A DNA stretch of 64,000 bases. Origin: Scyliorhinus canicula. Its lineage: Eukaryota. The notes under the pieces were generated by a model. That model saw nothing but the letters and a program-made list of their open reading frames with translations, searched no databases and was not told the origin of the DNA. How positions within the stretch are numbered: position 1 is the first letter of the stretch; each line of letters begins with the position of its first letter. Shown one piece after another: positions 39,011 to 51,200 of the stretch. The stretch is from contig NC_052152.1 of NCBI RefSeq assembly GCF_902713615.1, positions 65,506,818-65,570,817 of the forward strand, read 5' to 3'. The translations under genes were made by a program, and so were the position numbers.

Positions 39011-40309
39011 ATCAACCACATCAGAGAGAGTTAAGACCACCCAATCATGGCGCTTCACACTTGAGTGATTTTGAAGTGCTGAGTTGGAAACTGACTGCAC
39101 TTGACTCTCTTTGATGTGCTGTTATTTGTAAAGAGTGTTATTTCAGCATTTAGACTTACTCATCCATGAAGAGGATGAATGAAACAATGCTGACCGCTGT
39201 GTTTGCAGAAGCTGTCAATCACAGCCCACGACCAGAAATGAATGAATGGCTTGCAGTTAATGGATCGGAGGGGTTTAAACACAGGTCACAGCCATTCTCC
39301 TTCCAGGAATGGACATGTGGAACTTCAAGGTAGGCGTTACAACTGTAATTTTGTAACTGCCCCAGTTGGCTCTAGCTTCCGGGGGGGGGGGGGGGGGGGG
39401 GGTCGTGAAGGGGAGGGGTCCCTCTAGGTAGTGGGTCTTGTAAGGATTTCTTTAGATTCCTGTGGGAGGTCTCCCTATTTAGGGGGCCCCTGTGGGGTCT
39501 CTGTGGGAGGGATCGCTCTCGTTCGGGGAACCCTGTGGGGTGTTCCTCTAGTTAGAGAGTCTCCCTATTTAGGGGGTTCCTGGGGGATCTCCCTATTTCA
39601 GGGATCTCTGGGATGTGTCCCTATTTAGGTGGTCCCCGGGGGGAGGAATCACCCTATTTAGCCAACCCTGGGAGGGCAAGTTGGTTGACACCCATACTTG
39701 GGGGAAGTGGGGGGCACCTGAAAAATCTGGGCCTGGGGGGGGGCTGCTTTGAGATATGGGGGTGGGGAGGGGATGGGCGGCTAACTTATGGTGGGGGGGG
39801 GTCTGTGGCCAGCCGCGGGACTTTTCAATCAGGTCGCCAGGTCAAAATGGCAGCCAGTGGCGGCCTTATATTCTTGCCATGCATAAATTTGCATGGTGAA
39901 GGATACTGAATTGCTCTGTGTGGGGCTAGTCCCATGGGGGGAATCCGTCTGGGTCTTTACACTATTTACCCAGAAATTAGAACAGGTTTTGATACTTCTA
40001 ACTTTCTCGGAGTAACTATTAGTGTTACCCTGGCGGAACCATCCAAAGTTAGCGATTTAGGTTGCATTTTCAGGTGGTTCCCAGGGCAGCGCAATTAGCT
40101 GAAGGAAGTTAGAGGAAGTTAGCGTTTATGGAAAATTACCATGTGAACCCTTCCCTGTAAGGTTGCAAGTGGGATTCCCCAGTGCATTTTTGGGGATCAC
40201 CCGCAAACCTCACGTTCGGCAGATTGGAAGTTACGGCATTGATCTTGACAACGTAGTTCACTTTTTTACCTTCAAGCTTTTTAAATATTTATATATTTTT
40301 TAGTCTTAC

Positions 40310-40645
40310 CATATACAGTGAGGCAGGTCTTCCCAATATTTTGGCCACTTCTGAATGTATTAAAGACACACTGATAACATCCTTCATCTTCAAGCCTCAC
40401 CCCAGACAGTACCATAACGGACTCTTGCATCGTTGATGGTTGGAAAGCAGCTCGACCAATAAATGCCCCAGAAAAATTGGCTTGAAAGTTTTCACTGACT
40501 GTAGCGATATTGTCCTCAGATTGGCCATTTAACTTTTGCCAGGTAACCTGCAGGATATCATTTACATGTGAAGTACAGTTGAAGGTAGCTTTTCCACCTA
40601 AAACTGCTGTCATATTCCCCTCCGTCTCCACATTTATGTCCTTTA
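40310..40645 (-). CDS. CD200: Ig V-set domain exon of a CD200 (OX-2)-like membrane glycoprotein (family-level call; orthology not established)
   Basis: 336-nt phase 1-1 exon, acceptor ttccatttcacAG| and donor G|GTAAGA. Translation KDINVETEGNMTAVLGGKATFNCTSHVNDILQVTWQKLNGQSEDNIATVSENF...VRLEDEGCYQCVFNTFRSGQNIGKTCLTVY has the B-strand Cys, C-strand Trp and the DEGCYxCxFNTF...G..CLTVY ending I recall from CD200 V domains. N-glycosylation sequons NMT, NCT, NFS. Confidence 0.88.
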
Positions 40646-40764
40646 CTGTGAAATGGAAAAATAATATATTAAAACACATAATTGTTCCACAAAAGTATTT
40701 ACCCCAAAAGTATTCAGAGATTTATTAACAGAGGACTTAGAATGTCAATGTAGCTCCATGGTTG

Positions 40765-40950
40765 TAAGCCCATCCCTGAGGCAGAGTGTGGTTAGCTCAA
40801 GTTGCACTTCAGAGATTAACTGCAAACTCTAGATAGATACTTGCTGTACAGTAGTGAGAGTGGACTATGCTATTGGAGGTGCTATCTTACAGATGAGATG
40901 CTAAACACAGGCTCCCATCAACCCTCTCAGGAGAAAATAAGAGCTACCTG
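40765..40950 (+). mobile_element. Degraded Deu-domain SINE (SacSINE1/AmnSINE1-like)
   Basis: GGAGGTGCTATCTTACAGATGAGATGCTAAACACAGGCTCC...CCCTCTCAGG resembles the Deu-core consensus as I recall it. Confidence 0.55.
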
Positions 40951-42123
40951 ACGCAATTGAATGCACAAACAACAGAGTCCTGTTTTGGGTTTATAAAGTG
41001 GAATATTTCTCAGTGCTTGCAGCGTCGAGAACGACTCGCTATCTAACAGGGCTTTGTTTTTTTTTGGACCTCGATAAGGAAAACCCCCACCAACGTCGCA
41101 CTTACCTCACGTGCTGCACTGATGATCTCAACTCGCCAGTGCAGGAAGGGACTCAAGAGCCATTTTTACATGGTGCCCTGATCCCTCAACCCCCCTCAGA
41201 CCCCCCACCATCATCTCCGGACCCTCCCAGCTTCCCAGCTTACCTCTTAGGGAGTCCTTATCTCTTAGGTGGTCCTTGAGTCCCCAACCTCACCCTACCT
41301 CTTAAGGGCAGAACGCCCCTGGGACCGATCCCTGGAACTGGCAACCCAGCACCTGGGCACCTTGGCACTGCCTGTACCACCTGGGCACCCTGGCAGTGTC
41401 AGGGTGGCACTGCCAGGGTGCCTGCTTGGCTGTGCCAAGGCACCCGTGTCGCAGTGGGAGAGCTCGAATACTACCCTGCCCGGAGCCTGACCAACCAAGT
41501 GAGGCCTGAGAGTCCTCCCCAGATGCTGTTTCGCTTAGTCCATGTTTGTGTGGATCTGTGCTAAATGGAGCCATGGCAAAATCTTGCAGGTGTGGGCGTT
41601 CGTTCAGAGGCCTTGGGAGAATTGAGCGCTGACATATTTAAATGAGCCTAATGGCTCACTTAAATAGGTAAGACTGGGTGGGTTAGGTACAAATCTCAAC
41701 GTCTTGCAAGATCTCGTTAACTTTTGCGAGGCATTCCAAGCATTGCAAATCTTGCGAGGCCTCTCGTGAAATTTAATAGCCTCGTCGCATCACAGAGTCG
41801 TGTGACAAGGCCGTTCGATCGTGCCCACCATATTTGATCCAGAGCGGGACAGTTTCCCCCACAGTGTCTGGTGAATATTAATAGTTCAATAAACATTATT
41901 AAAGTAGACAATCGGTCATTTTTTGGTTGGTGCCAGGCTATCAACTTTCTCTGTTGAACAGCAGCCAAACCAAAACGGTTTTAACATGTTCGTTCAAAGC
42001 TGCTATCAAAAATAACTTCTTAACTTCAGTGAACATGTAGTCTGAAGCACTGATCTTTGTCTTCAGTGTGACCAGTGACCAGTATCCTGCCCATTGTTAT
42101 GTGACTGTCATCCCACTGATCAT

Positions 42124-42843
42124 GGGCGGGATTCTCCGACCCCCAGCTGGGTCGGACAATCGCCGGGGGGACGGCGTGAATCCCGCCCCCGCCCCCCGCC
42201 AAATTATCCGGCACTGGAGATTCGGCGGGGGGGGGAATCGTGCCGCGCCGGTTGGCGGCCATTCGCAGCGCCTCCCCCCCGGCGAATCTCCGGCCAGCGA
42301 TGGGCTGAAAACCCGTTGGTTCTTTGCCAGTCCCGCTGGCGTACATCAGACTAGGTCCCTTACCGGCGGGACCTGGCGGCATGGGCCAGCTCCGGGGTCC
42401 TGGGTGGGGCGCTGGGCGATCTGGCCCCGGGGGAGGGGGGGGTGCCCCCACGGTGGCCTGGGCCGCGATCGGGGCCCACCGATCCGCTGGCGGGTCTGTG
42501 CCGTGGGGGCACTATTTTCCTACGCATTGGCCGTGTCAGCCTCCGCCATGGCCGACGCGTAGGTGAGCCCCCCCTGCGCATGCGCAGGGATGACGTCAGC
42601 AGCCGCTGACGCTCCCGTGCATGCACTGACTCACGCCGGCCGGCAGAGTCCCTTCGGCTCCGGCTGGCGTGGCGCCAAAGGCCTTCCACGCCAGCCGGCG
42701 GGGCGCAAACCACTCCGGTGCTGGCCTAGCCCCTGGAGGTGTAGAAAATTCCGCACCTTTGGGGCGGGCCGACGCCGGAGTGGTTCACACCAGTCCGTCC
42801 CACCGGGATCCCCCGCCCCACCAAGTACGGGAGAATCCCGCCC
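42124..42843. mobile_element. Harbinger-type MITE with perfect 14-bp TIRs
   Basis: GGGCGGGATTCTCC (42124-42137) / GGAGAATCCCGCCC (42830-42843); flanks CAT/TAT. Confidence 0.88.
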
Positions 42844-42923
42844 TATATTCCTGATCACACAATAGGATCAATTATACCTGGATATCTTGTTCATCAGTAA
42901 TGATGGCATGATAGAATACACTT

Positions 42924-43946
42924 GGATTTGGATTTGAGTTTATTGTCACGTGTACTGAGGTACTGTGAAAAGTATTGTTCTGCATACAGTCCAGACAGAT
43001 CATTCCATCCATCAAAAACATAGGACTTAGGATAGACATACAATGTAAATACATAGACATAGACATCGGATGAAGCATACGGAGTGTAGTACTACTAAGT
43101 AGAGAAGATGTGTGGAGAGATCAATACATTCCATAAGAAGGCCATTCAGGAGTCTCGTAACAGCGGAGAAGCTACTTTTGAATCTGTTAGTTGTGTGTCA
43201 GACTTTTGTATTTCCTGCCAGGTGGAAGAGGTTAAAAGTGAGAATAACACAGATGGGAGGGGTTTTTGATTATGCTGCCCGCTTTCCCAAGACAGCAGGA
43301 GTTGTAGATAGAGTCAATGGATGGGAGGTGTGTTCGCGTGATGGACTGTGCTGTGTTCACGACTCCCTAGTTTCTTATGGTCTTGGGCCGAACAGTTACC
43401 ATACCAGGCTGTGATAGAATGCCTTCTATGGTGCATCTGTAAAAATTGGTAAGAGTCAATGTGGACATGCCGAATTTCCTTAGTTTCCTGAGGAAGTATA
43501 GGTGCTGTTGTGCGTTCTTGGTCATTGTGTCAACGTGCCTAGACCAGGACAGATTGTTGGTGATGTGCACAGCTAGGAATTTGAAGCTGTCAACCATCTC
43601 CACCTTGGCACCATTGATGCAGACAGTGGCGTGTACGATAGCTGAAATCAATGACCAGCTCCTTAAGTTTTGCTGACATTGAGGGAGAGATTATTGTCGC
43701 TACACAACGCCATTAGGATCTTTATCTCTCTCCTGTACTCTGACTTAACGTTTTTTGAGATCTGACCCATGACAGTTGTGTCATCAGCAACCTTGTAGAT
43801 GGAGTTGGAGCCAAATTTTGCCATACAGGCGTGTGTGTTTGGGAGTACAGTAGAGGGTTAAGTATGCAGCCTTTTGGGGCCCCAGTATTGAGGAGTATTG
43901 TGGTGGAGGTGTTGTTGTTTATCCTTACTGATTGTGGTCTACGGGT
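42924..43946 (-). mobile_element. Rex1/Babar-like LINE 3' fragment
   Basis: NTGAPKGCILNPLLYS, VDSFKFLAVHITNNLSW...AQQHLYFLRKLRKFG; tail ...CACGTGACAATAAACTC(AAATCC)n. Confidence 0.8.
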
Positions 43947-44810
43947 CATTTATTGCAAAATTTACTAAATGTTGGGCAAAAATGAATTTACAGGCCAGTG
44001 TTTGAAATACTGCCCACTGCATATTTCAGTATGTATTTTGTTCCAGTTACTGTTTTGTAATTAATTCTTTCATTTCAACTGCAACATTTTAATTTCTATA
44101 AGATTATTAGCAGTACTTTTTATCAGTTCTCGTGCCAAAAATGGAACAAACGGAATTTGTTTTTCTTTTACCTGCTGCTTACTATTTCCTGCCCAAAAGT
44201 TGAGGGGTAATATTGGGCTGAATCTTGCTGGGGTGTCGGGGGGCTTGTCTGGTAATGCCTCTTTTCAGAAAGAAACGCTTGCTGAATAAAAAGTGAATCA
44301 AGTAGTAGTAAGGCCAGCAGCAAGACTTACCCTGGAATAAAGACCACAGGGGAGAAAACCTCACCTACAATGAGCTGCCAACATAGCAGCACCACTGGTG
44401 GCTGCCAGAGGACAAGTCCAAGGATCGCCGAGTGGCCCAGGCTGAGCAGGTGAGGATTGGGATGGTATTTACTGAGGGGGGGGGGGCATGGGGAGAAGTG
44501 TGCAGGGTTGTTGGCAGGAAGAGGAGATGTTTTTGAGCATGTCCATCGCCTCTCAATGTCCAGTACCTTGACTGGGCCACTGAGTGCCTTTGATTGAGGG
44601 AGCCTTCCCCACACACCAGGAGATGACAAGCTGGCCACATGGTTATGGCTGCTGTGCACTCTGCATAGCAACAAACCTGCCTACAGCTGGGTTAACACCA
44701 GCGGTGGTGGGATGAAGCCCTCAAGTGGTCATTCATTGGCAGTCTAAGGGTCTCATTCAGCAACAAGGTGGGAAGGCCGACTCTGGGCCTTCCCACCCAG
44801 GACTTAGTTA

Positions 44811-45128
44811 GGGCAGCACGGTAGCACAAGTGATTAGCACTTTGGCTTCACAGCGCCAGGGTCCCAGGTTCAATTCCCTGCTGGGTCACTGTCAGTGTGG
44901 AGTCTGCATGTTCTCCCCGTGTCTGCGTGAGTTTCCTCCGGGTGCTCCGGTTTCCTCCCACAGTCCAAAGATGTGCAGATTAGGTGGATTGGCCATGATC
45001 AATTGCCCTTAGTGACCAAAAAAAAAGGTTAGGAGGGGATAGTGGGTTACCGGGATAGGGTGTGTGAGGGCTTAAGTGGGTCGGTGTAGACTCGATGGGC
45101 CAAATGGCCTCCTTCTGCACTGTATGTT
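44811..45128 (+). mobile_element. HE1-like V-SINE with a solo LTR inserted in its tail
   Basis: Full head and core; tail CTGCACTGTATGTT resumes after the LTR as ATGTTCTAT. Confidence 0.92.
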
Positions 45129-45433
45129 TGATGTGACCATCAATTCACAAGACACGAGATTGGAAGTGAACAGTGGTTTTAATAATCTTACAGCAGAGCC
45201 TGCCTGCGACAAGATGAACTGGCAGGCAGGCTCACGACTGCAAAACTTTATACTTCCGGTTAGTGGGAGGAGCCATGGGTGGAGCCATGGGCGGAGCCAA
45301 GGGTGGAGCCCAGTACAAACTCCTCATCTCCCCCTATGGGCAGAGCCTTGCAACGGCTTGTTTACAGAGCCCACAAGGACATAATACATATACTGGAACA
45401 CAGTGTGAATTAGTAGGTCTATAATTCACCACA
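45129..45433 (-). mobile_element. Solo LTR of Gypsy family 'B'
   Basis: TGTGGTGAAT...GGTCACATCA on the - strand, collinear with LTR 58443-58736; TSD ATGTT (45124-45128 / 45434-45438). Confidence 0.92.
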
Positions 45434-45437
45434 ATGT

Positions 45438-45785
45438 TCTATAGAACAGTACAGCACAGAACAGGCCCTTCGGCCCTCAATGTTGTGCCGAGCCATGATC
45501 ACCCTACTCAAACCCACGTATCCACCCTATACCCGTAACCCAACAACCCCCCCCCCCCCGCTTAACCTTACTTTATTAGGGCACTACGGGCAATTTAGCA
45601 TGGCCAATCCACCTAACCCGCACATCTTTGGACTGTGGGAGGAAACCGGAGCACCCGGAGGAAACCCACGCACACAGGGGGAGGACGTGCAGACTCCACA
45701 CAGACAGTGACCCAGCCGGGAATCAAACCTGGGACCCTGGAGCTGTGAAGCATTTATGCTAACCACCATGCTACCCTGCTGCCCC
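45438..45785 (-). mobile_element. HE1-like V-SINE, tail-to-tail with the preceding SINE
   Basis: Near-identical to 36645-36976. Confidence 0.92.
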
Positions 45786-45816
45786 AAGGGTTCTATGTTC
45801 TTAATTCTAGCAGAAG

Positions 45817-46052
45817 AGGAGCAGCACGGTGGCGCAGTGAGTAGCACTGCTGCCTCACGGCGCCGAGGACCCAGGTTCGATCCCGGCTCTGGGTCACTGT
45901 CCGTGTGGAGTTTGCACATTCCCCCTGTGTTTGTGTGGGTTTCGCCCCCACAACCCAAAAGATGTGCAGGGTAGGTGGATTGACCATGCTAAATTGCCCC
46001 TTAATTGGAAAAAATGAATTGGGTAGTCTAAATTTTTTAAAAAAGAAAAAAA
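45817..46052 (+). mobile_element. A-tailed HE1-derived SINE with 14-bp TSD
   Basis: HE1 head and shortened core, no CR1-type tail, A-rich end; direct repeat AATTCTAGCAGAAG at 45803-45816 and 46053-46066. Confidence 0.85.
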
Positions 46053-46910
46053 AAATTCTAGCAGAAGTGGGAAAGTGGCAGATTTCAGGTACACCATCAT
46101 CCGACATAATTCAAAGTTGTTTATGCTTGCAGAGAGAGCAAGGGATTCCGCCTATTGGCACTGTACTTTGTGGAACTTTGGCTGTTCCTTATGATGGTTT
46201 TATTGGCGTGCTCCGAGGCAAATATATGACAGCATTCTACTGCTTTTAAAAATCTGCTTCAAACAAGCTCTGTTCCGCTCTCTGGGATATATCTTACTAC
46301 AGTCCATCTGTGGTCTGTTTGAATTGATAAGTAATAAATTGTCAAGAAACGTTTTCTTCACTATTCAGCTGGATGCTTCACTTCATGGCAAATCAGGGAT
46401 CTCAAATTCCAATCAATAAATTAAGTTGGGGACTTCCGGTGGCGGTGATGTTCGAGTGAGCCGCACATTCGGCGGGCTCTCACTCCGGAGGGGCTGAACA
46501 GCTGATTCCCCGCGATAGCGGGACCACGGGGGCGGCAAAAAGGCTGCCGGAAAAGAAGAGGAGAGCGGGCTGCAGCAGATGGAAGTGTGGGAGGCCAGCA
46601 GGTGAGGAAGAAAGAGAGAGAGAGAGACGGAGGCAAGGAGGAAGCTGACCTGAAGGGTAAGATGGCGGACCCACGGACCTTCCTTCCTCCAGGACAAAGA
46701 AAAAAAGTTTGGAGTTGCTGAGGAGGGACAGATTGGACCCACTTCAGATGCCCAGGAGGTAAAATTTAAGGAGCTGGGCGAAGGAAAGCGGCAGCGAAGG
46801 CGCTGAGGAGCGGGCTGCGGCACATGGAACAGCAGGATTCCAGAAGGCAGAAGAAGAAGGAGAAAAAGGGACAGAGACAAGGACCTGAAGAAAATTACCT
46901 GGGACCTAAG

Positions 46911-47691
46911 ATGGCGGACACACGGACCCCGGACTCAGCAATCCAGCTGGCGCTGGATAACATGCTCCAGGTAATGAAGTCCAGTTTTGAAGCGCTGAAG
47001 CGGGATAGCTTGGACCCAATCCAGAAAGCGGTGGATCAGCTGAACCAGAGGCTGGACGCCCAGGATGTTAAAGTTAAGGAGCTGGGAGAGGCGGTGGAGG
47101 AGGAGGCGGATGCGCAAACGGTTGCAGCGCTAGAAGTGGACGGCCTGAAAGAGCGGCACAGAAGACTGCTGGACAGAGTGGAGGAGCTGGAGAATAGAGT
47201 CCGCAGGAACAATCTGAGGATGGTCGGCCTCCCGGAGGGGGCGGAGGGAGCTGATGCTGCAGCGTTTGTAGCAGACCTGCTGAAGCAGCTGATGGGGGCC
47301 GAAGCTGGAGCTGGAGGGGGCACACAGAGTGCAGGCAAGGCAGGGGCGGTCGGGCGGACCCCCCCGCCCGATGGTGATTAGGTTCCACAGGTTCGTGGAC
47401 AAGGAGCGGGTGCTGCAGTGGGCAAAGAGCGCCAGGAGCAGCACGTGGAACAAAAGTGTTCTACGCATTTATCAGGACCTAAGCCAGGAGGTGGCTCGGC
47501 GACGAGCAGCCTTTAAGAATGTCAAGGAGGTGCTGTTCAAGAAGCACGTGAAGTTTGGTCTGCTGTTCCCAGCTTGGCTATGGGTCATGCACCAGGGTCA
47601 ACACCACTACTTCTCCGAACCCGAAGAAGCGATGGATTTTGTGAGGGACCTGGGGCTGGTCCCGAAAGGAGGCCCCAAGGACGCGAGTTAG
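46911..47691 (+). pseudogene. L1 ORF1 (frameshift near 47300-47370)
   Basis: ORF track pieces 46824-47381 and 47329-47691. Confidence 0.85.
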
Positions 47692-48209
47692 GGCCCGAGG
47701 ATTTCTGTGGGAAGGAACGCCGAATGTGCCTGGACTGCTGCTCAACGGTTTGCTGGGCCAAGGGGGCCAAGCGGAACATTTGAGACTCTTTCCTTTGTTC
47801 ATGGACATTTATGTGCTTTTTCTCTTTTTTCTGTGGTTTTTTCTTTTTTTTTCCTGTTTGGGCTGGTTTGTGCTTTTTGTGCAGCTCGCGGAAGACACTG
47901 GAGCCGGCTTGCCCCAGTGGGTGGGGAGGAGGACGGGGAAACAAGGGGAATGGGACAGGAAGGCGCCGGAGTGTTGAGTCACCGGGCTAGCAGATTGGCT
48001 AGTCAAGGAAGTCAGATGGGGGGGAAGTTACAGCCAGTAGATGGCAGGGGTGGGGGTATCGGGGGATGGGGTTAGGGGAGGGGGGGTTGTTCTGCTGACG
48101 GGAGAGGGACTTGAAATAGGCACTGGAAAGGAGGTCGAGGGTGGAGGCAGCCAAAGGGCGGGCCAGGAATGGCGCGCCGCACGGGTCAGGGGCCGGCCCG
48201 AGAAAGGCT

Positions 48210-51200
48210 ATGGCTGACCGGTGGGGTGGGGGGGGGGGTGGGATGTGCCCCCCGACCAGGCTGATCACCTGGAACGTCAAGGGACTGAATGGGCCGGTTA
48301 AGAGGGCGCGGGTGTTCGCGCACTTGCGGGCCCTGAGGGCGGACGTAATTATGTTGCAGGAGACACATCTGAAAGTGTCGGACCAGACCAGGCTAAGGAA
48401 GGGCTGGATTAGCCAGGTCTTCCACTCGGACTTGGACTCGAAGTGCAGAGGGGTGGCAATCATGATCAACAAGCGCGTGCAATTTGAGGCAGAGGGCATA
48501 TCCGCAGAAAAGGGGGGCAGATACCTGATGGTACGGGGCAGACTGGAGGGGAGAAGAGTGGTGCTGGTGAATATATATGCCCCGAACTGGGATGACGTGG
48601 ATTTCATTAAAAGAGTGCTGGGGAAGATCCCGGACTTGGATTCTCGCAGGCTAATAATGGGAGGGGACTTTAACATGGTCCTTGACCCGACTTTGGATCG
48701 GTCGTGTCCCAGAACGGCAATGGCAAGGGAGCTGAAAGGGTTTATGGAGCAAATGGGGGCAGTGGACCCCTGGAGAGAGGGACAGCCAACAGGAAGGGGC
48801 GACTCGTTTTACTCGCACGTCCATAAAGTATATTCCAGGATAGATTTCTTTGTACTAAGCAGGGACTGTATGGGGGAGGTAAAGAACACGGAATACTCAG
48901 CAATTACCATTTCAGACCATGCCCCGCATTGGGTGGACCTGCAGTTCGGGGGAGCGAGCTATCAACGCCCGCAATGGAGGCTAGATGTGGGACTGCTGTC
49001 GGAGGAGGGGATCTGCGAGAGGCTTTGGAAATGTATAAAAAATTACCTGCAGGTGAATGACACTGGGGAGGTCTCAGCGGCGACCGTGTGGGAGGCGCTA
49101 AAGGCAGTAGTGCGGGGGGAGCTGATTTCAATTGGGGCCCACAGAGCCAAGGCAGACCGGGCAAAGATGGATAGATTGGACAGGGAAATGGGTCGGATAG
49201 ATGAAGAGCACGCGGAGTCCCCGGGGGAGGTTTTACTGAGGGAGAGGCAGAGGCTACAGGCGGAACTGGGGGCACTATCCACGAGCAGGGCCGTGGAACA
49301 GCTTAGGAAGGCGAGGGGAGTGGTGTACGAGTATGGGGAAAAGGCTAGCAGACTGTTACCGCAGCAACTCAGGAGGAGGGAGGCGGCCAGGGAAATAGGT
49401 AGAGTGAGGGACGAGGGGGGGCGCAAAGTGGAGGATCCGGCAGAATTGAATAGGGTATTCCGGGACTTCTATCGTAAGCTGTATACTTCGGAGCCGCCTG
49501 AAGAACCGGAGGGGATGAAAAGGTTTCTGGACGGGTTAACATTCCCAACAGTTGGGGGGGGGGGGGGGCGAGTGGAAGAGTTGGGGGCCCCGATTAGAGT
49601 AGAGGAGGTATTGGGGGGCCTAAAGGCCATGCAGTCGGGGAAGTCCCCGGGGCCGGATGGATACCCAGTAGAGTTTTATAGGAAGTTCTCTGAGCTGGTG
49701 GGCCCGGTCTTGGCGAGGGTTTTCAATGAGGCAAGGGACAGAGGGACCCTGCCGCCGACAATGTCACAAGCCACCATATCTCTGATATTGAAGCGGGGTA
49801 AAGACCCGGGTGTGCGGGTCCTACAGGCCAATCTCCCTGATTAATGTAGACGCCAAGCTCCTGGCAAAGGTACTGGCGGGTAGAATGGAGGACTGTGTAC
49901 CGGAGGTGATTGGGGAGGATCAAACGGGGTTCGTGAAAGGTAGGCAGCTGGCGGCCAATCTGAGGAGATTGCTCAATGTGATAATGATGCCCCCAGCGGG
50001 TAGAGAGGTGGAGGTAGTGGTGGCAATGGACGCCGAGAAGGCCTTTGACCGGGTGGAGTGGGACTATCTATGGGAGGTGCTTGGACGGTTTGGGTTCGGG
50101 GAGGGATTGGTGGATTGGATCAAATTATTATAACAGGCCCCGAGGGCCAGCGTCAGGACCAACAGAGAAGTGTCGGAGTACTTTAGGTTGTACCGAGGGA
50201 CCAGGCAGGGCTGCCCGCTCTCCCCGCTGCTGTTTGCGCTGGCCATAGAGCCGCTGGCGATTGCGCTGAGTGCCGCAGAGGGTTGGAAGGGGATGGTGAG
50301 GGGCGGGGTTGAACACAGGGTTTCTCTTTATGCAGACGACCTGTTCCTGTACGTGTCGGACCCAGTGGCCGGGATGGGAACTATACTGGGAATGCTGAGG
50401 GAATTCGGCCAGTTCTCAGGATACAAATTAAATACGGTCAAGAGTGAAATGTTTGTGGTCCAGGCAAGGGGCCAGGAGAACAGATTGAGAGGGCTACCAT
50501 TTAGGCTAGTTGAGGAAAATTTCCGGTATTTGGGAATCCAGGTGGCATGAGACTGAGGCAGGCTGCATAAGTTAAATTTGGCCAGGGTGGTGGAGCAAAT
50601 GAAGGGAGAGTTTCGGAAATGGGATGCACTCCCGCTGTCGCTGGCAGGGAGGGTGCAGACTGTAAAGATGACAATCCTCCCTCGATTTTTGTTTATTTTT
50701 CAGTGCCTCCCGATCTTTATCCCACAGTCCTTCTTCAAAAGAGTTAACGGGCAGATCATGAGCTTTGTCTGGGCGGGAAAGTCTCCGCGGGTGAAGAAGG
50801 CGATGTTGGAGAGGAACCGCAGCGAGGGAGGGCTGGCTTTGCCGAGTCTGGTCAATTATTACTGGGCGGCCAACATCGCTATGATAAGGAAGTGGATGGT
50901 GGGTACGGGGTCTATTTGGGAGCCCGTGGAGGCGGCTTCGTGCAGGGGCTCCAGTTTGGATGCCCTGGTCACGGCTCCTCTACTGCTGCCGCTGGCCAAG
51001 TACACCACCAGCCCGGTAGTGGTGGCGACCCTGCGGATATGGGGCCAGTGGAGGAGGCATGTGGGGGAGATGGGGGCGTCTGTCTGGGCGCCAATCTGCG
51101 ACAACCATCGGTTTGCCCCCGGCAGTATGGATGGGGGGTTCCGAGTATGGCGGCGAGCAGGGGCGGGAAGGGTGGGTGATATGTTCCTGGAAGGGAGCTT

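Noticed and set aside
37310-40309. An Ig C2 exon between the V and TM exons
   Set aside because: I found no minus-strand ~270-300-nt open exon with Cys-Trp-Cys spacing by eye; the GTAAGT donor near 39160 has an upstream stop in the one plausible (hydrophobic) frame. A computational search is still needed.
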